Below are positions 52,603-63,473 of a DNA stretch of 64,000 nucleotides, in pieces. Within the stretch, counting starts at the first letter, position 1, and each line of letters begins with the position of its first letter. A program made the translations under genes and the position numbers. Source of the DNA: an uncultured cyanobacterium (GTDB lineage Bacteria > Cyanobacteriota > Cyanobacteriia > Cyanobacteriales > Nostocaceae); NCBI GenBank assembly GCA_963706595.1, contig OY970166.1, positions 2,208,001-2,272,000 of the forward strand, given 5' to 3'. A model generated the notes under the pieces. The model was given only the letters and a program-made list of their open reading frames with translations. It was not told where the DNA came from and did not search any database.

Positions 52603-53913
52603 ATGATAGATATTTACATTCTTGAACTACTGCTTATTGGTCTACTGTTACTAGTAGTTACACTAGGGTCAGGTTGGATTAAGCGCTTACCACTTTCTTT
52701 TGCACTAATATATCTATTAATGGGTATATTTTTAGGTTCTGAAGGCATAGGAATCATCCAACTGAGAGAAAATCAGGTATTTAATGCCAAAATACTCGAA
52801 AGACTAACAGAGTTTGTCGTGATTGTTTCTGTATTTAGTTGTGGTTTGAAAATTATCCATCCCCGACGCTGGAGAGTGTGGAATATCACAGCAAGGTTGA
52901 TTGGCTTATTAATGCCGATTTCTATCTTTGGCTTGGCAATAGTCGGGAGATTATTTTTAGGAATGAATTGGGGAGAAGCAATCTTATTAGGAGCAATTCT
53001 TGCCCCCACTGACCCAGTATTAGCTTCAGAAGTACAACTAACAGATACTAACGATAGAGATGAATTACGCTTTGGTTTAACCTCTGAAGGCGGGTTAAAT
53101 GATGCTTTGGCTTTTCCTTTTGTTTATTTTGGGATTCATGCCATTCAAGATAATAATTGGCAAAACTGGTTTAAGGATTGGTTAATAATTGATGTGCTGT
53201 GGGCAATTACATCTGGGATTGTGATGGGTTTTTTGGTAGCTAAACTCATCGTTTGGGTTGACCAAAAAATTCAAAAAAAGCGTTCTGCTGATGTACACAT
53301 GGAATATTTTGTTGCTATTAGTGCAATTTTAATTACCTATTCTTTAACAGAAATTATCAATGGTTATGGATTTCTAGCAGTATTTGTGGCTGGTTTGATT
53401 ACCCAAGACAGTTACAGAAATCCTGACAAGCCAATGGCACAATTAGAATTTATTGAACGACTAGAAAGATTATTGGAAGTAGGGATAATTTTATTATTGG
53501 GAACAATATTATTATGGCAACCAATGCTTCATTATGCCTCTCATTCTTTAATAGTCATAGTTTTATTATTTTTTGTAATTCGACCTCTAGGAGCTTGGAT
53601 TAGTACAATTGGTCAACGTCCCTTACACTCCCAACGTCGTAATTTTCATCCTGCAACTCGTTGGTTATTTGGCTGGTTTGGTATTCGGGGCGTAGGCTCT
53701 TTATATTATCTGGCCTATTCCTTTAGTCATGGCTTAAAAGGAGAGGTTGGTGAACAGATATCTTGGATAATTTACAATACTGTGGTATGTTCTGTAATTT
53801 TACATGGCATTTCTGCTACACCCTTAATGAACTGGTATGAACATCAGGTTGCTGCAAAACGATCTCTGGTTCACAGTACGATGAGTGAATTAGAAGATAA
53901 TTCTCGAAATTAA
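52603..53913 (+). CDS. Cation/H+ antiporter (CPA1/NhaP type)
   Basis: LAPTDPVLA, SEGGLND, GWFGIRGVGS, many TM segments. Confidence 0.9.
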   Translation: MIDIYILELLLIGLLLLVVTLGSGWIKRLPLSFALIYLLMGIFLGSEGIGIIQLRENQVFNAKILERLTEFVVIVSVFSCGLKIIHPRRWRVWNITARLIGLLMPISIFGLAIVGRLFLGMNWGEAILLGAILAPTDPVLASEVQLTDTNDRDELRFGLTSEGGLNDALAFPFVYFGIHAIQDNNWQNWFKDWLIIDVLWAITSGIVMGFLVAKLIVWVDQKIQKKRSADVHMEYFVAISAILITYSLTEIINGYGFLAVFVAGLITQDSYRNPDKPMAQLEFIERLERLLEVGIILLLGTILLWQPMLHYASHSLIVIVLLFFVIRPLGAWISTIGQRPLHSQRRNFHPATRWLFGWFGIRGVGSLYYLAYSFSHGLKGEVGEQISWIIYNTVVCSVILHGISATPLMNWYEHQVAAKRSLVHSTMSELEDNSRN

Positions 53914-54102
53914 AGAGCCTATCCCACTCATCTGAGATCGACTTGATCAAACTTGTTGCTGGTTGATGTCTCCAGCATAAGCAGTTAAGGCGATCGCTAG
54001 CATCTGTGCCAGATCGCATGAATTTTCCGGTACATGAAAATCATTTCTGTAGCTTCACTCATACCAATTTCAGCGATCGCCTGGTGTTTTTTTTCGATGA
54101 TG

Positions 54103-54666
54103 CTATTCTGTTAACCAACTAAAAAGTTTACCCACAGTCAGGTTGAATGATTCTGCAAAGGGTGGGACAGGTAAGCGATCGCTTTCTAGTTCAAAAACTG
54201 CAAGGGTGCGATTAGCAAAATAGGCAAATACTACTTCTTCTTCTGGATCAATCAACCAGCCCATCTGAGTTCCGTGGTTGAGACAGTGGAGAATGTTACG
54301 GACGACTTTGGTTTGGCTTTGGTCAGGGGAAAGGATTTCAATTGTCCAGTCTGGTGCGATCGCGAAGGTGTTGGATACTTTACCATTATCGTCGCGGGGG
54401 ATGCGTTCCCATGTAAAAACTGCGATATCAGGAACAATGGATCTACCCCCAAAGGTACAGCGTAGTTCTGAATAAGCACGGGCGATATGCTGGGGTTTCA
54501 GAGTTAAATTGATATCCGCACCAAGGTCAACTTGAAGGGTGCTGTGTTTTCCCTGGGGCATAGGTTTTTGAATAATCTGACCGTCTATAAATTCGCTAGC
54601 TGGTTTGGTTTCCGGTTGTTGGAGGAATTCTTCTAGGGTTAAGGGTTTGGTGGGGGTTTGAACCAT
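54103..54666 (-). CDS. Uma2 (DUF820) family endonuclease-like protein
   Basis: KPMPQGKHS, ELRC..VPDI, PDWTIEILSP, GWLIDP. Confidence 0.92.
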   Translation of the reverse strand: MVQTPTKPLTLEEFLQQPETKPASEFIDGQIIQKPMPQGKHSTLQVDLGADINLTLKPQHIARAYSELRCTFGGRSIVPDIAVFTWERIPRDDNGKVSNTFAIAPDWTIEILSPDQSQTKVVRNILHCLNHGTQMGWLIDPEEEVVFAYFANRTLAVFELESDRLPVPPFAESFNLTVGKLFSWLTE

Positions 54667-54891
54667 AATTCACCTGCATCTTAATTATTAGCTTGATATC
54701 TTTGTTAATAAGATTCCTAAAATTTGAGTAATTTATTAGTGTTCAGAGTTAAATCCGGTGGGTATAAAAACTGCTTAAATTGTAATTTCAATTTTTATAT
54801 AAACGCCTTAGAAATTATTATTATAATTCTTTCTAACACATTGATCCGTATCTCAATTAGATGTAAAATAAATCATGCCATTTATATATTT

Positions 54892-56175
54892 TCACGCTAT
54901 CGCTTCTTGCTTGAGTTTGAAGTAGTAATAAAGATTAGCAACAGTCATGTTTGATATATCTTCCCAATTTGCAGGAGCTAAAGCATTCAATCCCAAAGCC
55001 TTCGCTTGTTGAATAATATAGGATTCATGCGACCGACGCAACTCAGGTTTTAACATCATCTTGAGTTGCTCACGTAAAGATAATGTCTGAGACTTTTTCT
55101 GCAACTTTTCGTAAAACAACACTTCTGAAGGTATTGAATCTGTAGAAGTTTCAGCTACATCTGAATTAGCATTTTCTTCCCACAAAATAGAACCGGAACT
55201 TTGGAGCATTTTCATATCTGACTCTGCCAGTGAAGACTGCCAACTTAGATGATTGCGCCAAGACTCGATTACAACTAAATCATGGTTGTGAATCCGTAAG
55301 ATTTCAGGAAATAACAAGTCAATCTCATCATTTTTAGAAGAAGTTACTAAATTGAAACTATCTTGACTAATTTTATCCTCAATATGATGTAGGCGATCGC
55401 TCACTACTTCATAGGCTTCTTGTAATTGATATGTGAGTGTAATTGTCTGATCAATTGCCCAAACACATTCGAGTCTACGTAGTTTCCCTAGAGTACATAT
55501 ATCTTGATATATAGCTGGATTACTATAATCTGCAAGAGCCTTGTATAACATCCCTTGTATATTTATTATAGCTGCATTCCTAGCACTTTTATCTGGTAAT
55601 TGTAATGAATTTCTCAGCCACTTAAGTGCTTGAAAAAACTGCCCATAAGCCTGGGCTAAAATTGTACGATGATGTTTAAATTCAATTTCTTGAGCAACTT
55701 CATCAATACGTTGAATGATTTCTGTTCCTTGTCCTTCTAAGGCTTGCTTCATGTCAATAAAGCCATCAGAGACTTGCAGTCGTAGTTGCTTGACATCTTC
55801 TCTGAGTTTCAATATCTGATGCAAGTTTACTGCTGATAAAGCTACCGTTGCTACAGTTCCGACACCAATGACTGCTGTAGTCGCTTGTAAAACTCCGACA
55901 CTGTTCTGAAGCTTATCAAGCATTTTATAAGTTTTTTGAAACCCCATGTGAGTTTGAGCCATTTGCAAGCCACCCATGAAAAGTTGAGCAGGCGCAAATA
56001 ACGGATCTATGGCTACTCCAGGTATGTGACGTGCAATACCAACAGCATTAGCTACAAATTGCCCTGTTGTTTTATTTCTGGCTAGTCCTATTAATTCTCC
56101 TGTACCTGTGCGAACAATTTCGTACATACCAGAGTCAATCCCTGCTTGAATGACAGGAGCAAATTGAAACAACAT
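54892..56175 (-). CDS. Hypothetical protein with one TM helix and coiled coil
   Basis: 427-aa ORF; hydrophobic segment VGVLQATTAVIGVGTVATVALSAV. Confidence 0.75.
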   Translation of the reverse strand: MLFQFAPVIQAGIDSGMYEIVRTGTGELIGLARNKTTGQFVANAVGIARHIPGVAIDPLFAPAQLFMGGLQMAQTHMGFQKTYKMLDKLQNSVGVLQATTAVIGVGTVATVALSAVNLHQILKLREDVKQLRLQVSDGFIDMKQALEGQGTEIIQRIDEVAQEIEFKHHRTILAQAYGQFFQALKWLRNSLQLPDKSARNAAIINIQGMLYKALADYSNPAIYQDICTLGKLRRLECVWAIDQTITLTYQLQEAYEVVSDRLHHIEDKISQDSFNLVTSSKNDEIDLLFPEILRIHNHDLVVIESWRNHLSWQSSLAESDMKMLQSSGSILWEENANSDVAETSTDSIPSEVLFYEKLQKKSQTLSLREQLKMMLKPELRRSHESYIIQQAKALGLNALAPANWEDISNMTVANLYYYFKLKQEAIA

Positions 56176-56327
56176 TATTTTATATCATAAAAGCTCATCT
56201 CAGCATATCTTTTGATTTATTCAAACTGTAACAGTATTTTTACTGAATTGCTTAGATTCAATTTAGGGTATATTAAATTATAAAGAATTACTTTTCGCAT
56301 TCAGAGTTCAGTCAAGGTTTACCAATA

Positions 56328-57359
56328 ATGAATAACTACCTAAATACATTTTTTGATGCTAGTGCATCAGTTGACATATTACTGAATAATGATTTAAGTT
56401 CTGAAGAAATTAAGAAATCTGCTACAAAATTACAACAAACAATTCAACCCTGCATTAAAGAAATTCAAGAATCTGCTGCAAAATTACAACAATTGATGTT
56501 GTTATCTTTTGATGAACTGCAATATGGTTTAGATGTTTTGCAAAGCAAGCCTAAAATTGCCAAAGTAGTAACATCTGAAATATGGGAACAGCTTGGTGAA
56601 ATGAGTGGGCATTATATTAAGATTAGTCAATCAAGTAATCGATGCAAAAATGAAGCTATAGAAGATAGTAGAAACTTTTGGAACACTCAAATGAGATTCC
56701 TAAAAAACAAATACTTTATTGATAAAAATGGTCAATCTAAAAAAGCAGTGGGTTGGGATGAGAAAAAAATGTTTGTGAATGATATAAAAAATGAAGTGAA
56801 TAAGCTAGACACAGAATTGTATATAAACATAAAAATGTCATTAGAATCAATATATAAAGAAGTTGCAGAAATTAATCTGGAGACAATGGTGCATTATATT
56901 GAAATATCATATTTTAGTTTTGCTAATCAGTGTAAACTAGCTGATATAAAGCAGCGATTAGAGTTAATAAAACATGAAATTATAACTAAATTTCAAAATC
57001 CTATAGGAAATTCACCTGAATATGTATTAAAACTACTAAATCGCAACAGTGCAGATTTATTTTTTTTGGTAGAAGGAACTTGGGGTAGTATTTTGTGGGA
57101 AGATGTTGTGAAGTTTGAAAATAAAGTATTGAACAACATCGAAAATTTGATTACAGCTATTTTCGACAACAGAATTAAATTGGTAACTGATGCCATCGAA
57201 AAAATAATTGAATTTTACAATAATTTTTTGGCTAAACAACAGCGATATCAGCGAGAAACACCGGAACAGCAATTAGCGGAAAAAACCTGGATTGACAAGC
57301 AACGTCAAGACTTAATGCAAGTTCAGAATTTTTTGGAAGTGATTCTGAATGGGAATTGA
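56328..57359 (+). CDS. Hypothetical alpha-helical/coiled-coil protein
   Basis: 343-aa AT-rich ORF with no recognisable catalytic motif. Confidence 0.7.
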   Translation: MNNYLNTFFDASASVDILLNNDLSSEEIKKSATKLQQTIQPCIKEIQESAAKLQQLMLLSFDELQYGLDVLQSKPKIAKVVTSEIWEQLGEMSGHYIKISQSSNRCKNEAIEDSRNFWNTQMRFLKNKYFIDKNGQSKKAVGWDEKKMFVNDIKNEVNKLDTELYINIKMSLESIYKEVAEINLETMVHYIEISYFSFANQCKLADIKQRLELIKHEIITKFQNPIGNSPEYVLKLLNRNSADLFFLVEGTWGSILWEDVVKFENKVLNNIENLITAIFDNRIKLVTDAIEKIIEFYNNFLAKQQRYQRETPEQQLAEKTWIDKQRQDLMQVQNFLEVILNGN

Positions 57360-57417
57360 TAGAAAAGGCACATAGTATTTGAGAGTAGCTCAGTAATTTA
57401 CATTTTTTATAAACATT

Positions 57418-58947
57418 ATGCTTGCTAGAGTTTGGAGTGCATCTATTGTGGGCATCGATGCCGTGAAAGTCGGTGTTGAAGTCGATATTTCAGGGGGTTT
57501 ACCGGGAATTGTGGTGTTGGGTCTTCCAGATTCGGCGGTGCAAGAATCTAAGGAGAGGGTAAAAGCGACGCTGAAAAATGCTGGTTTTGCTTTCCCGATG
57601 CGGAAAATTGTGATTAACCTGACTCCGGCTGATTTACGCAAGGAAGGGCCATGTTTCGATTTACCCATTAGTGTGGGGATTTTGGCGGCTTCTGAGCAAG
57701 TTAGTGCTGATTTGTTGGGAGATTATCTTTTTTTGGGTGAAGTCTCCTTAGATGGTAGTTTACGTCCTGTGGCTGGGGTTTTACCCATTGCGGCTACAGC
57801 CCAAAAAATGGGAATTGCAGGTTTAGTTGTTCCAGTAGATAATGCTCAAGAAGCTTCGGTAGTTGCAGGATTGGCGGTTTACGGTTGCAAAAATATCGCT
57901 GAGGTGGTGGATTTGTTGAATAATCCAGGGCGTTACAAACCTGTACAGCCAGATAATTCACAACCGTTACCCAAAACGGCTTATCCTGGCGCAGACTTAA
58001 AAGATGTCAAAGGTCAGGCTCATGCTCGTCGGGCTTTGGAAATTGCAGCTGCTGGAGGTCATAATCTTATATTCGTCGGACCTCCTGGGAGTGGGAAAAC
58101 GATGTTAGCTCGACGTTTACCGGGTATTTTACCACCTTTGGAGTTTGCGGAATCTTTAGAAGTGACTCGGATTCACTCGGTGGCTGGGTTGTTGAAAAAT
58201 CGCGGTTCCTTAGTACGCGATCGCCCTTTTCGCAGTCCTCACCATTCAGCATCGGGACCTTCTCTGGTTGGTGGTGGTAGTTTTCCCCGTCCTGGGGAGA
58301 TATCTTTATCACATTTTGGGATCTTATTTCTGGATGAGTTGACAGAGTTTAAGCGCGATGTTTTAGAATTTCTCCGCCAACCTTTAGAAGATGGTTATGT
58401 GACAATTTCCCGCACTAGACAATCGGTGATGTTTCCGGCGCAATTTACTTTAGTCGCCAGTACCAATCCCTGTCCTTGCGGTTATTATGGCGATACTATT
58501 CAACAGTGTACCTGTTCACCCAGACAACGGGAAAATTATTGGGCAAAGCTTTCGGGACCTTTGATGGATCGGATTGATTTACAAGTTGCAGTGAATCGTT
58601 TAAAGCCAGAGGAAATTACCCAACAACCTACGGGAGAAGCTTCAACTTCAGTTTTAGAGAGAGTTACAAAAGCACGCGATCGCGCCGTTAAACGTTTTCA
58701 AGGAGAACCAAATCTGCGTTGCAATGCTCAAATGCAAAGCCATCATCTTCAGAAATGGTGCAAGTTAGATGATACTAGCCGCAGTTTATTGGAAGCAGCA
58801 ATTAGAAAATTAGGCTTATCTGCAAGGGCGAGCGATCGCATTCTCAAAGTCGGGCGGACTATTGCAGATTTAGCTGGGGAAGAGGAATTAAAAGCCAATC
58901 ATATAGCTGAAGCGATTCAATACCGCACAATCGATAGGATGCAATAA
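57418..58947 (+). CDS. comM: YifB/ComM Mg-chelatase-like AAA+ ATPase
   Basis: INLTPADLRKEG, GPPGSGKT, RSPHHSAS, LFLDE, NPCPCG, LSARA. Confidence 0.92.
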   Translation: MLARVWSASIVGIDAVKVGVEVDISGGLPGIVVLGLPDSAVQESKERVKATLKNAGFAFPMRKIVINLTPADLRKEGPCFDLPISVGILAASEQVSADLLGDYLFLGEVSLDGSLRPVAGVLPIAATAQKMGIAGLVVPVDNAQEASVVAGLAVYGCKNIAEVVDLLNNPGRYKPVQPDNSQPLPKTAYPGADLKDVKGQAHARRALEIAAAGGHNLIFVGPPGSGKTMLARRLPGILPPLEFAESLEVTRIHSVAGLLKNRGSLVRDRPFRSPHHSASGPSLVGGGSFPRPGEISLSHFGILFLDELTEFKRDVLEFLRQPLEDGYVTISRTRQSVMFPAQFTLVASTNPCPCGYYGDTIQQCTCSPRQRENYWAKLSGPLMDRIDLQVAVNRLKPEEITQQPTGEASTSVLERVTKARDRAVKRFQGEPNLRCNAQMQSHHLQKWCKLDDTSRSLLEAAIRKLGLSARASDRILKVGRTIADLAGEEELKANHIAEAIQYRTIDRMQ

Positions 58948-59127
58948 GGCATAATGTAAAAATAATTAGTACAAAATTTATTTTGAATAGCTTGCTGAAT
59001 CTAACTTTCATATAAAAATTGTTCAGGTTATTTTTACACAAATCCTAATCAAATAACATTTTTCGGATAGGTTAGTTGGTAATTGCAGTTGCATCCAATA
59101 GTTAATCCTTGGTTAAGTCAACTCAAT

Positions 59128-61215
59128 TTATCCCCCGCCAGAAGGATCGCTGCCACATACAGGGCAGATATACATCCATTTTCCTTTATGTTCTGGATGA
59201 TCTGAGTGTCTATGGAAACAGTTAGGAAACTTAAGGATACGGTGATTTTTACCGTAGCAATGTTGGACAACCCAGAATTGACCACATTTAGGACATGAAC
59301 AATATAGACCTGTCCCTGTTCCAGACCTGGAACTACCTGATATTACGCGACTAGTCAATTCTTGTTGACTTATTTTATTTGGTATCCAACTAGTCTGAGT
59401 GTCTTGTTCCAAATTAAGTTTATGTCCGCAAAATAGACAGTCGGTAGAAAAGCTACCGTGGTACTGAAACATTAATCTAATTAATCTATTAAGCTGCCTA
59501 TTCACCCCTACACCTGGCTTAAGTGCAATTGCTCCATATTTGTGGCTAATAAATCTATCTTCACTTCTTCCAAGGGTGTCATCAAACTTTTCCTTTAGTA
59601 CCCTGTTGATAGGGACTTCACCCCAAAAATCAATTTGTTGATCTGTATGCAAAATAAAACTAGCTTTTCCTCTTAAAGAATACAAGTATTTATCTCTAGC
59701 AACATCTATAACATCAGAAATAAACTGTTTACTCCCTTGGTGTTTATAGTTACGATATTTAGCATCAAAATAGTAAGTATTTGTGTCACTATTGGTTGAT
59801 ATATCTATCCTAATATCAGGAATTTTTAATTGATTGGAATTAGTATATTGCTTTGGTTGATACCATAGTGAAACATTGAATTGACTACCATCATCAAAAG
59901 CACCTTGAAGACGAAATACATTATTTGTAGGTATTTTAATCTCTCCTTTCTCAATTCGCATACTCTCAAAAAGAGTAGTTTCATTTAAGGGAGGACGCAT
60001 ATTCAAATTTGTAACAAAAGCATTATAGAGCCTGACAAAGCACCAAATTTCGTATAGTTCCCATGTAGAACGAACTTGACCTTGATAGATAGCTTTAAAG
60101 AGCTTAATAACTGGTTGAATCTTAGGAAAAATACTGCTTTCGCAATTCATGTACTCTTCAAAAATAGGAGCATAAGCGGGAGAGCTAATTAATCGCTGAG
60201 ATGGTAAAGGTAGTTGAGTGGGAGTTAGTACATTCTGTAAAAATGGAGTATGACGGACGTAAGTTGCCCATTCTGCACACTCTTGAAGTTGAGCTACTAT
60301 TTTCGATATATTTTTCCTTTCCTCTTCCCTTTGCTGATTAAATTTTTTAACTCGCTCTTTAGCTCTAGCCAAAAAGCTTAACATTGCTGGTTCATTGGCA
60401 TAATTAAGAGGTGAAAAGAAGCTATCATCAATTCCTAAGTCTTCAAGTGAATGAAAAATCCCATTAACTAAATCCTTTAAATAAACATCTAGTACATAAC
60501 ATAAAAATTCATTTTCAGAGCATTGAGTAGATTCAACTTTGGTTAAAGCTAGAATTCTTTGTTTAGAAGCATCTATCTTGGCTTTGATTATAACTTGAGG
60601 CGAATTGATTAATTTTCGTGTATCAACTAAACCTAACTCTCTAGAAAAACTTTTCAGGGGACGTTTTTCTATTATTGCCCAGTTACTTTGAACAACTGAT
60701 GCTAGTTTTAATATGGAAGTTGCTGTTAATAATAAACCTCTGCTGTCAGAGTATCCCATTCCAATCATTGCAGTTTCTACGTCTTCCCCTACAGAAACTT
60801 GTAATTGATTGGTAACACAACTAGATGTAGAAAGTCCTAGTAATCCTATTTCAGTAATTAATTGTTCTAGTTCCTGCTCTGTTAAGCCAGCTGGTTTCAC
60901 TAACAAAAAAGCTTCAGGACTACTATCTATGGGTTCACCGGAAGCATTCAAGAGTATAGCGGTTATTTGTCCTGTTCTTGACGCTACTCCTTTACTGATT
61001 TCTCGCTCGTGTTTCGTTCTTTGAGGGAGTTCCCACCTATTGCTGCCTATTTTTAGGAGTGGAATTATAGAATCACCCTTTAAACCAACACTTCCATTCC
61101 ATAAACCCTCTATCTCAACATACCAACGTCCACTGTACTGGCGAGTGTATTGTGCATCATCTTCCCAAGGTAGCTCACCTCTGGAGTCAGCAAAATTAAT
61201 TTTTGGATAAGCCAT
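59128..61215 (-). CDS. McrC-like DUF2357/PD-(D/E)XK nuclease with C-terminal Cys/His Zn-finger region
   Basis: ENEFL, LYEIWCF (~60040-60057), PDI (59812-59820) and FDAKYR (59752-59769); tail CLFC, CPKC, CPVC; 11 bp downstream of the RT-McrB gene. Confidence 0.8.
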   Translation of the reverse strand: MAYPKINFADSRGELPWEDDAQYTRQYSGRWYVEIEGLWNGSVGLKGDSIIPLLKIGSNRWELPQRTKHEREISKGVASRTGQITAILLNASGEPIDSSPEAFLLVKPAGLTEQELEQLITEIGLLGLSTSSCVTNQLQVSVGEDVETAMIGMGYSDSRGLLLTATSILKLASVVQSNWAIIEKRPLKSFSRELGLVDTRKLINSPQVIIKAKIDASKQRILALTKVESTQCSENEFLCYVLDVYLKDLVNGIFHSLEDLGIDDSFFSPLNYANEPAMLSFLARAKERVKKFNQQREEERKNISKIVAQLQECAEWATYVRHTPFLQNVLTPTQLPLPSQRLISSPAYAPIFEEYMNCESSIFPKIQPVIKLFKAIYQGQVRSTWELYEIWCFVRLYNAFVTNLNMRPPLNETTLFESMRIEKGEIKIPTNNVFRLQGAFDDGSQFNVSLWYQPKQYTNSNQLKIPDIRIDISTNSDTNTYYFDAKYRNYKHQGSKQFISDVIDVARDKYLYSLRGKASFILHTDQQIDFWGEVPINRVLKEKFDDTLGRSEDRFISHKYGAIALKPGVGVNRQLNRLIRLMFQYHGSFSTDCLFCGHKLNLEQDTQTSWIPNKISQQELTSRVISGSSRSGTGTGLYCSCPKCGQFWVVQHCYGKNHRILKFPNCFHRHSDHPEHKGKWMYICPVCGSDPSGGG

Positions 61216-61226
61216 AAACGTTCACT

Positions 61227-63473
61227 TTATCCCCAGTAGCTAACATTGCGCCGTCTAGTATCTTGGATTTGATTTCGTAAATTTTCAATTACATCTGGAG
61301 TACCGAACTGAGAATAATTATTTTCAATTTCCTCTAGCCATTCAAGGCAAATATTTTCTCGCTCTTCATCCTTGAAAAAAGAAATTCTAGGCAGAAGTTT
61401 CGTAAAGAGAAAGTATCCTATACATTCTTTGGCTGTTAATCCAATAATTTTAGAAGCAGTATAGAAAACTTTATAATCTCTTTTTACTCGATATCCTAAA
61501 GGTATTCCGCACTGAGATAAGTAACGAGAGTTCCAATTTGAGATAGTATCCCAACCAGAAATTCTGTTGGGAGTTCCGAGAAGTTGATTATCTAATTCTT
61601 TAAATAAAGATGTTATAAATGTTCCTGCAATTGGATTGCTAGAAAGGGGCGAATTTGTATTTTCAGTAAAATCAGGCAAAGGATAGGTAATGATGAAGGA
61701 TTTATCTATTACTTTTGGACTGATGTTATAAGTGGTTTCGTCTGAATTTAGAGTTCCAATCAAAACTAAGTTTTTGGGAATTAAAAATTCCGCAGGATAA
61801 TTACTTAAAATATGTTGAAGTTTAGCCAGTCTGTTAATTTGTTCAGATGTTTTTGATTTTTGGGATTGTAACAGCTTAATTTCTTGCCTAATTTGTATTT
61901 CTATACTAGGTGAGTAGAGAATTAGCTTTTGCGTTGCTTGACCTTTGGAATATTCTAAAGATGAGAGTAAGTCAGCAGCATAGTTTTCAATTCGAGCTAA
62001 ATTGAGTTCATCCAAACAGACTAAAAAAACTTGTTCAAATTTTTCGTGAGCTTGTTGTAATGCAGTTAAAAAACTGGAGGGATGAAAGCTATCATTAATT
62101 GGATTGTAAAATCCTAACAAATCGCTTGAGTCAGTCCAAGCTGGTCGAACAGGAATAATTTTGCTATTACCATTTAAAATTTTAGCAGATTTTTCTACCA
62201 GGCTTGTTTTACCAATTCCAACCGAGCCATTTAATAAAATAATTTGTCCAGTATATAAAGAAGTTAATACAGATAATAAATAGCTAGTTTTAATATAGTT
62301 GGCTAATAATATACCCCTGGCGTTAACTTCAGCATTCCAGTCTTGATAATTGAGTGAAATTTCTTCCTGCCATCCTTTAATTTTTAATTTTTTATGGTTA
62401 GCTATTTCCTCAGATAATAGTTTTTTGTAATGAACCAAATATTTTATATATATTGGGTCATTTTTACCTCTAACCATACCTAAAAATTCAATCTTACCTC
62501 GAACAACATGATGAAAACGTTTTGTTTGTTCACTGCTTCTAATTTTTAAATATTTGTATTTTTTATCATATCTACTACTATACTCACCTGATGCCTTCTC
62601 AATTCCAAACTTTTGCCAAGCATGAAGCAACGCTTGGATTTGTCGGACAAATTTACGATTTACGTTAGGAAGATGGTTAACTGTTAAACCCGTTACTTCC
62701 TGACGATAGTTTTGAGTTTGCAACCTTACTTTATTCTCATTTACTTCAAAATTATTACTATTAAGTATTTCTCGTAATTCTTCTCCAACAAAAAATCTTC
62801 TTGCAGATCCATTATTAACTACACGTCCTAGTCCTTCTGGAAACTCCTCTAAATTATTAGAAAAAGTGATATCATCAGCATATCTTGTATATGTTGCTTT
62901 ATATTTTTTTGCTAGTTCTAGTAATTGCCTATCCATTTTTGCACATACCATATTTGAGACGATAGGTGAAGTGGGTGCGCCTTGAGGTAACTGATCCTGA
63001 TAGCAGCATATTTGTGCCAGTAGGTTAGCTACTTTATCATTCGCGTTATATGGTTGTGCCATAAACATGGCTCGAACTCTTTCAAAGTTAATTGATGCAA
63101 AAAAGTCTTGAATATCTAAATTTAGAACATATTTCTTTTTAGTATGAGCTTTGGCATTAGTTACAATACTTTTTTTTGCTGTAAAACCATGTACGCATGG
63201 CTTAGGTTGATAAACAGGTTGTAGTATTTCTTTGCTGAGTTTTTTTTGTATATCTAGTAAAGGAAAATATCCTTCTCCTTCATATATTTCATAACGTTCC
63301 GAGCTACTTATTGGTGTTCTTATTGTTCTTACACCACCAGATTTCTTAGGAATTTTAAATTCCCTGTATATTTCATCTACTTGTTCAAGTAGCTCAATTA
63401 AACTATGATAATCAATGCCTAGTTTTTCTGCTACAAGTTCTGGAGATAAGCGATATAAGTCGTTTAAATTCAT
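61227..63473 (-). CDS. Retron-type reverse transcriptase fused to an McrB-like AAA+ NTPase
   Basis: RT: IPKKSGG, HGF, NAKAH, LDIQDFF, LPQGAPTSP, YADD, VTG. AAA+: GSVGIGKT, VRPAWTDSSDLLGFYN, LDELN, GTLNSDE. Confidence 0.9.
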   Translation of the reverse strand: MNLNDLYRLSPELVAEKLGIDYHSLIELLEQVDEIYREFKIPKKSGGVRTIRTPISSSERYEIYEGEGYFPLLDIQKKLSKEILQPVYQPKPCVHGFTAKKSIVTNAKAHTKKKYVLNLDIQDFFASINFERVRAMFMAQPYNANDKVANLLAQICCYQDQLPQGAPTSPIVSNMVCAKMDRQLLELAKKYKATYTRYADDITFSNNLEEFPEGLGRVVNNGSARRFFVGEELREILNSNNFEVNENKVRLQTQNYRQEVTGLTVNHLPNVNRKFVRQIQALLHAWQKFGIEKASGEYSSRYDKKYKYLKIRSSEQTKRFHHVVRGKIEFLGMVRGKNDPIYIKYLVHYKKLLSEEIANHKKLKIKGWQEEISLNYQDWNAEVNARGILLANYIKTSYLLSVLTSLYTGQIILLNGSVGIGKTSLVEKSAKILNGNSKIIPVRPAWTDSSDLLGFYNPINDSFHPSSFLTALQQAHEKFEQVFLVCLDELNLARIENYAADLLSSLEYSKGQATQKLILYSPSIEIQIRQEIKLLQSQKSKTSEQINRLAKLQHILSNYPAEFLIPKNLVLIGTLNSDETTYNISPKVIDKSFIITYPLPDFTENTNSPLSSNPIAGTFITSLFKELDNQLLGTPNRISGWDTISNWNSRYLSQCGIPLGYRVKRDYKVFYTASKIIGLTAKECIGYFLFTKLLPRISFFKDEERENICLEWLEEIENNYSQFGTPDVIENLRNQIQDTRRRNVSYWG

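Noticed and set aside
61227..63473. Group II intron, DGR or CRISPR-associated RT
   Set aside because: NAxxH and VTG motifs are retron-type; no maturase/HNH domain, TR/VR repeats or Cas1 seen
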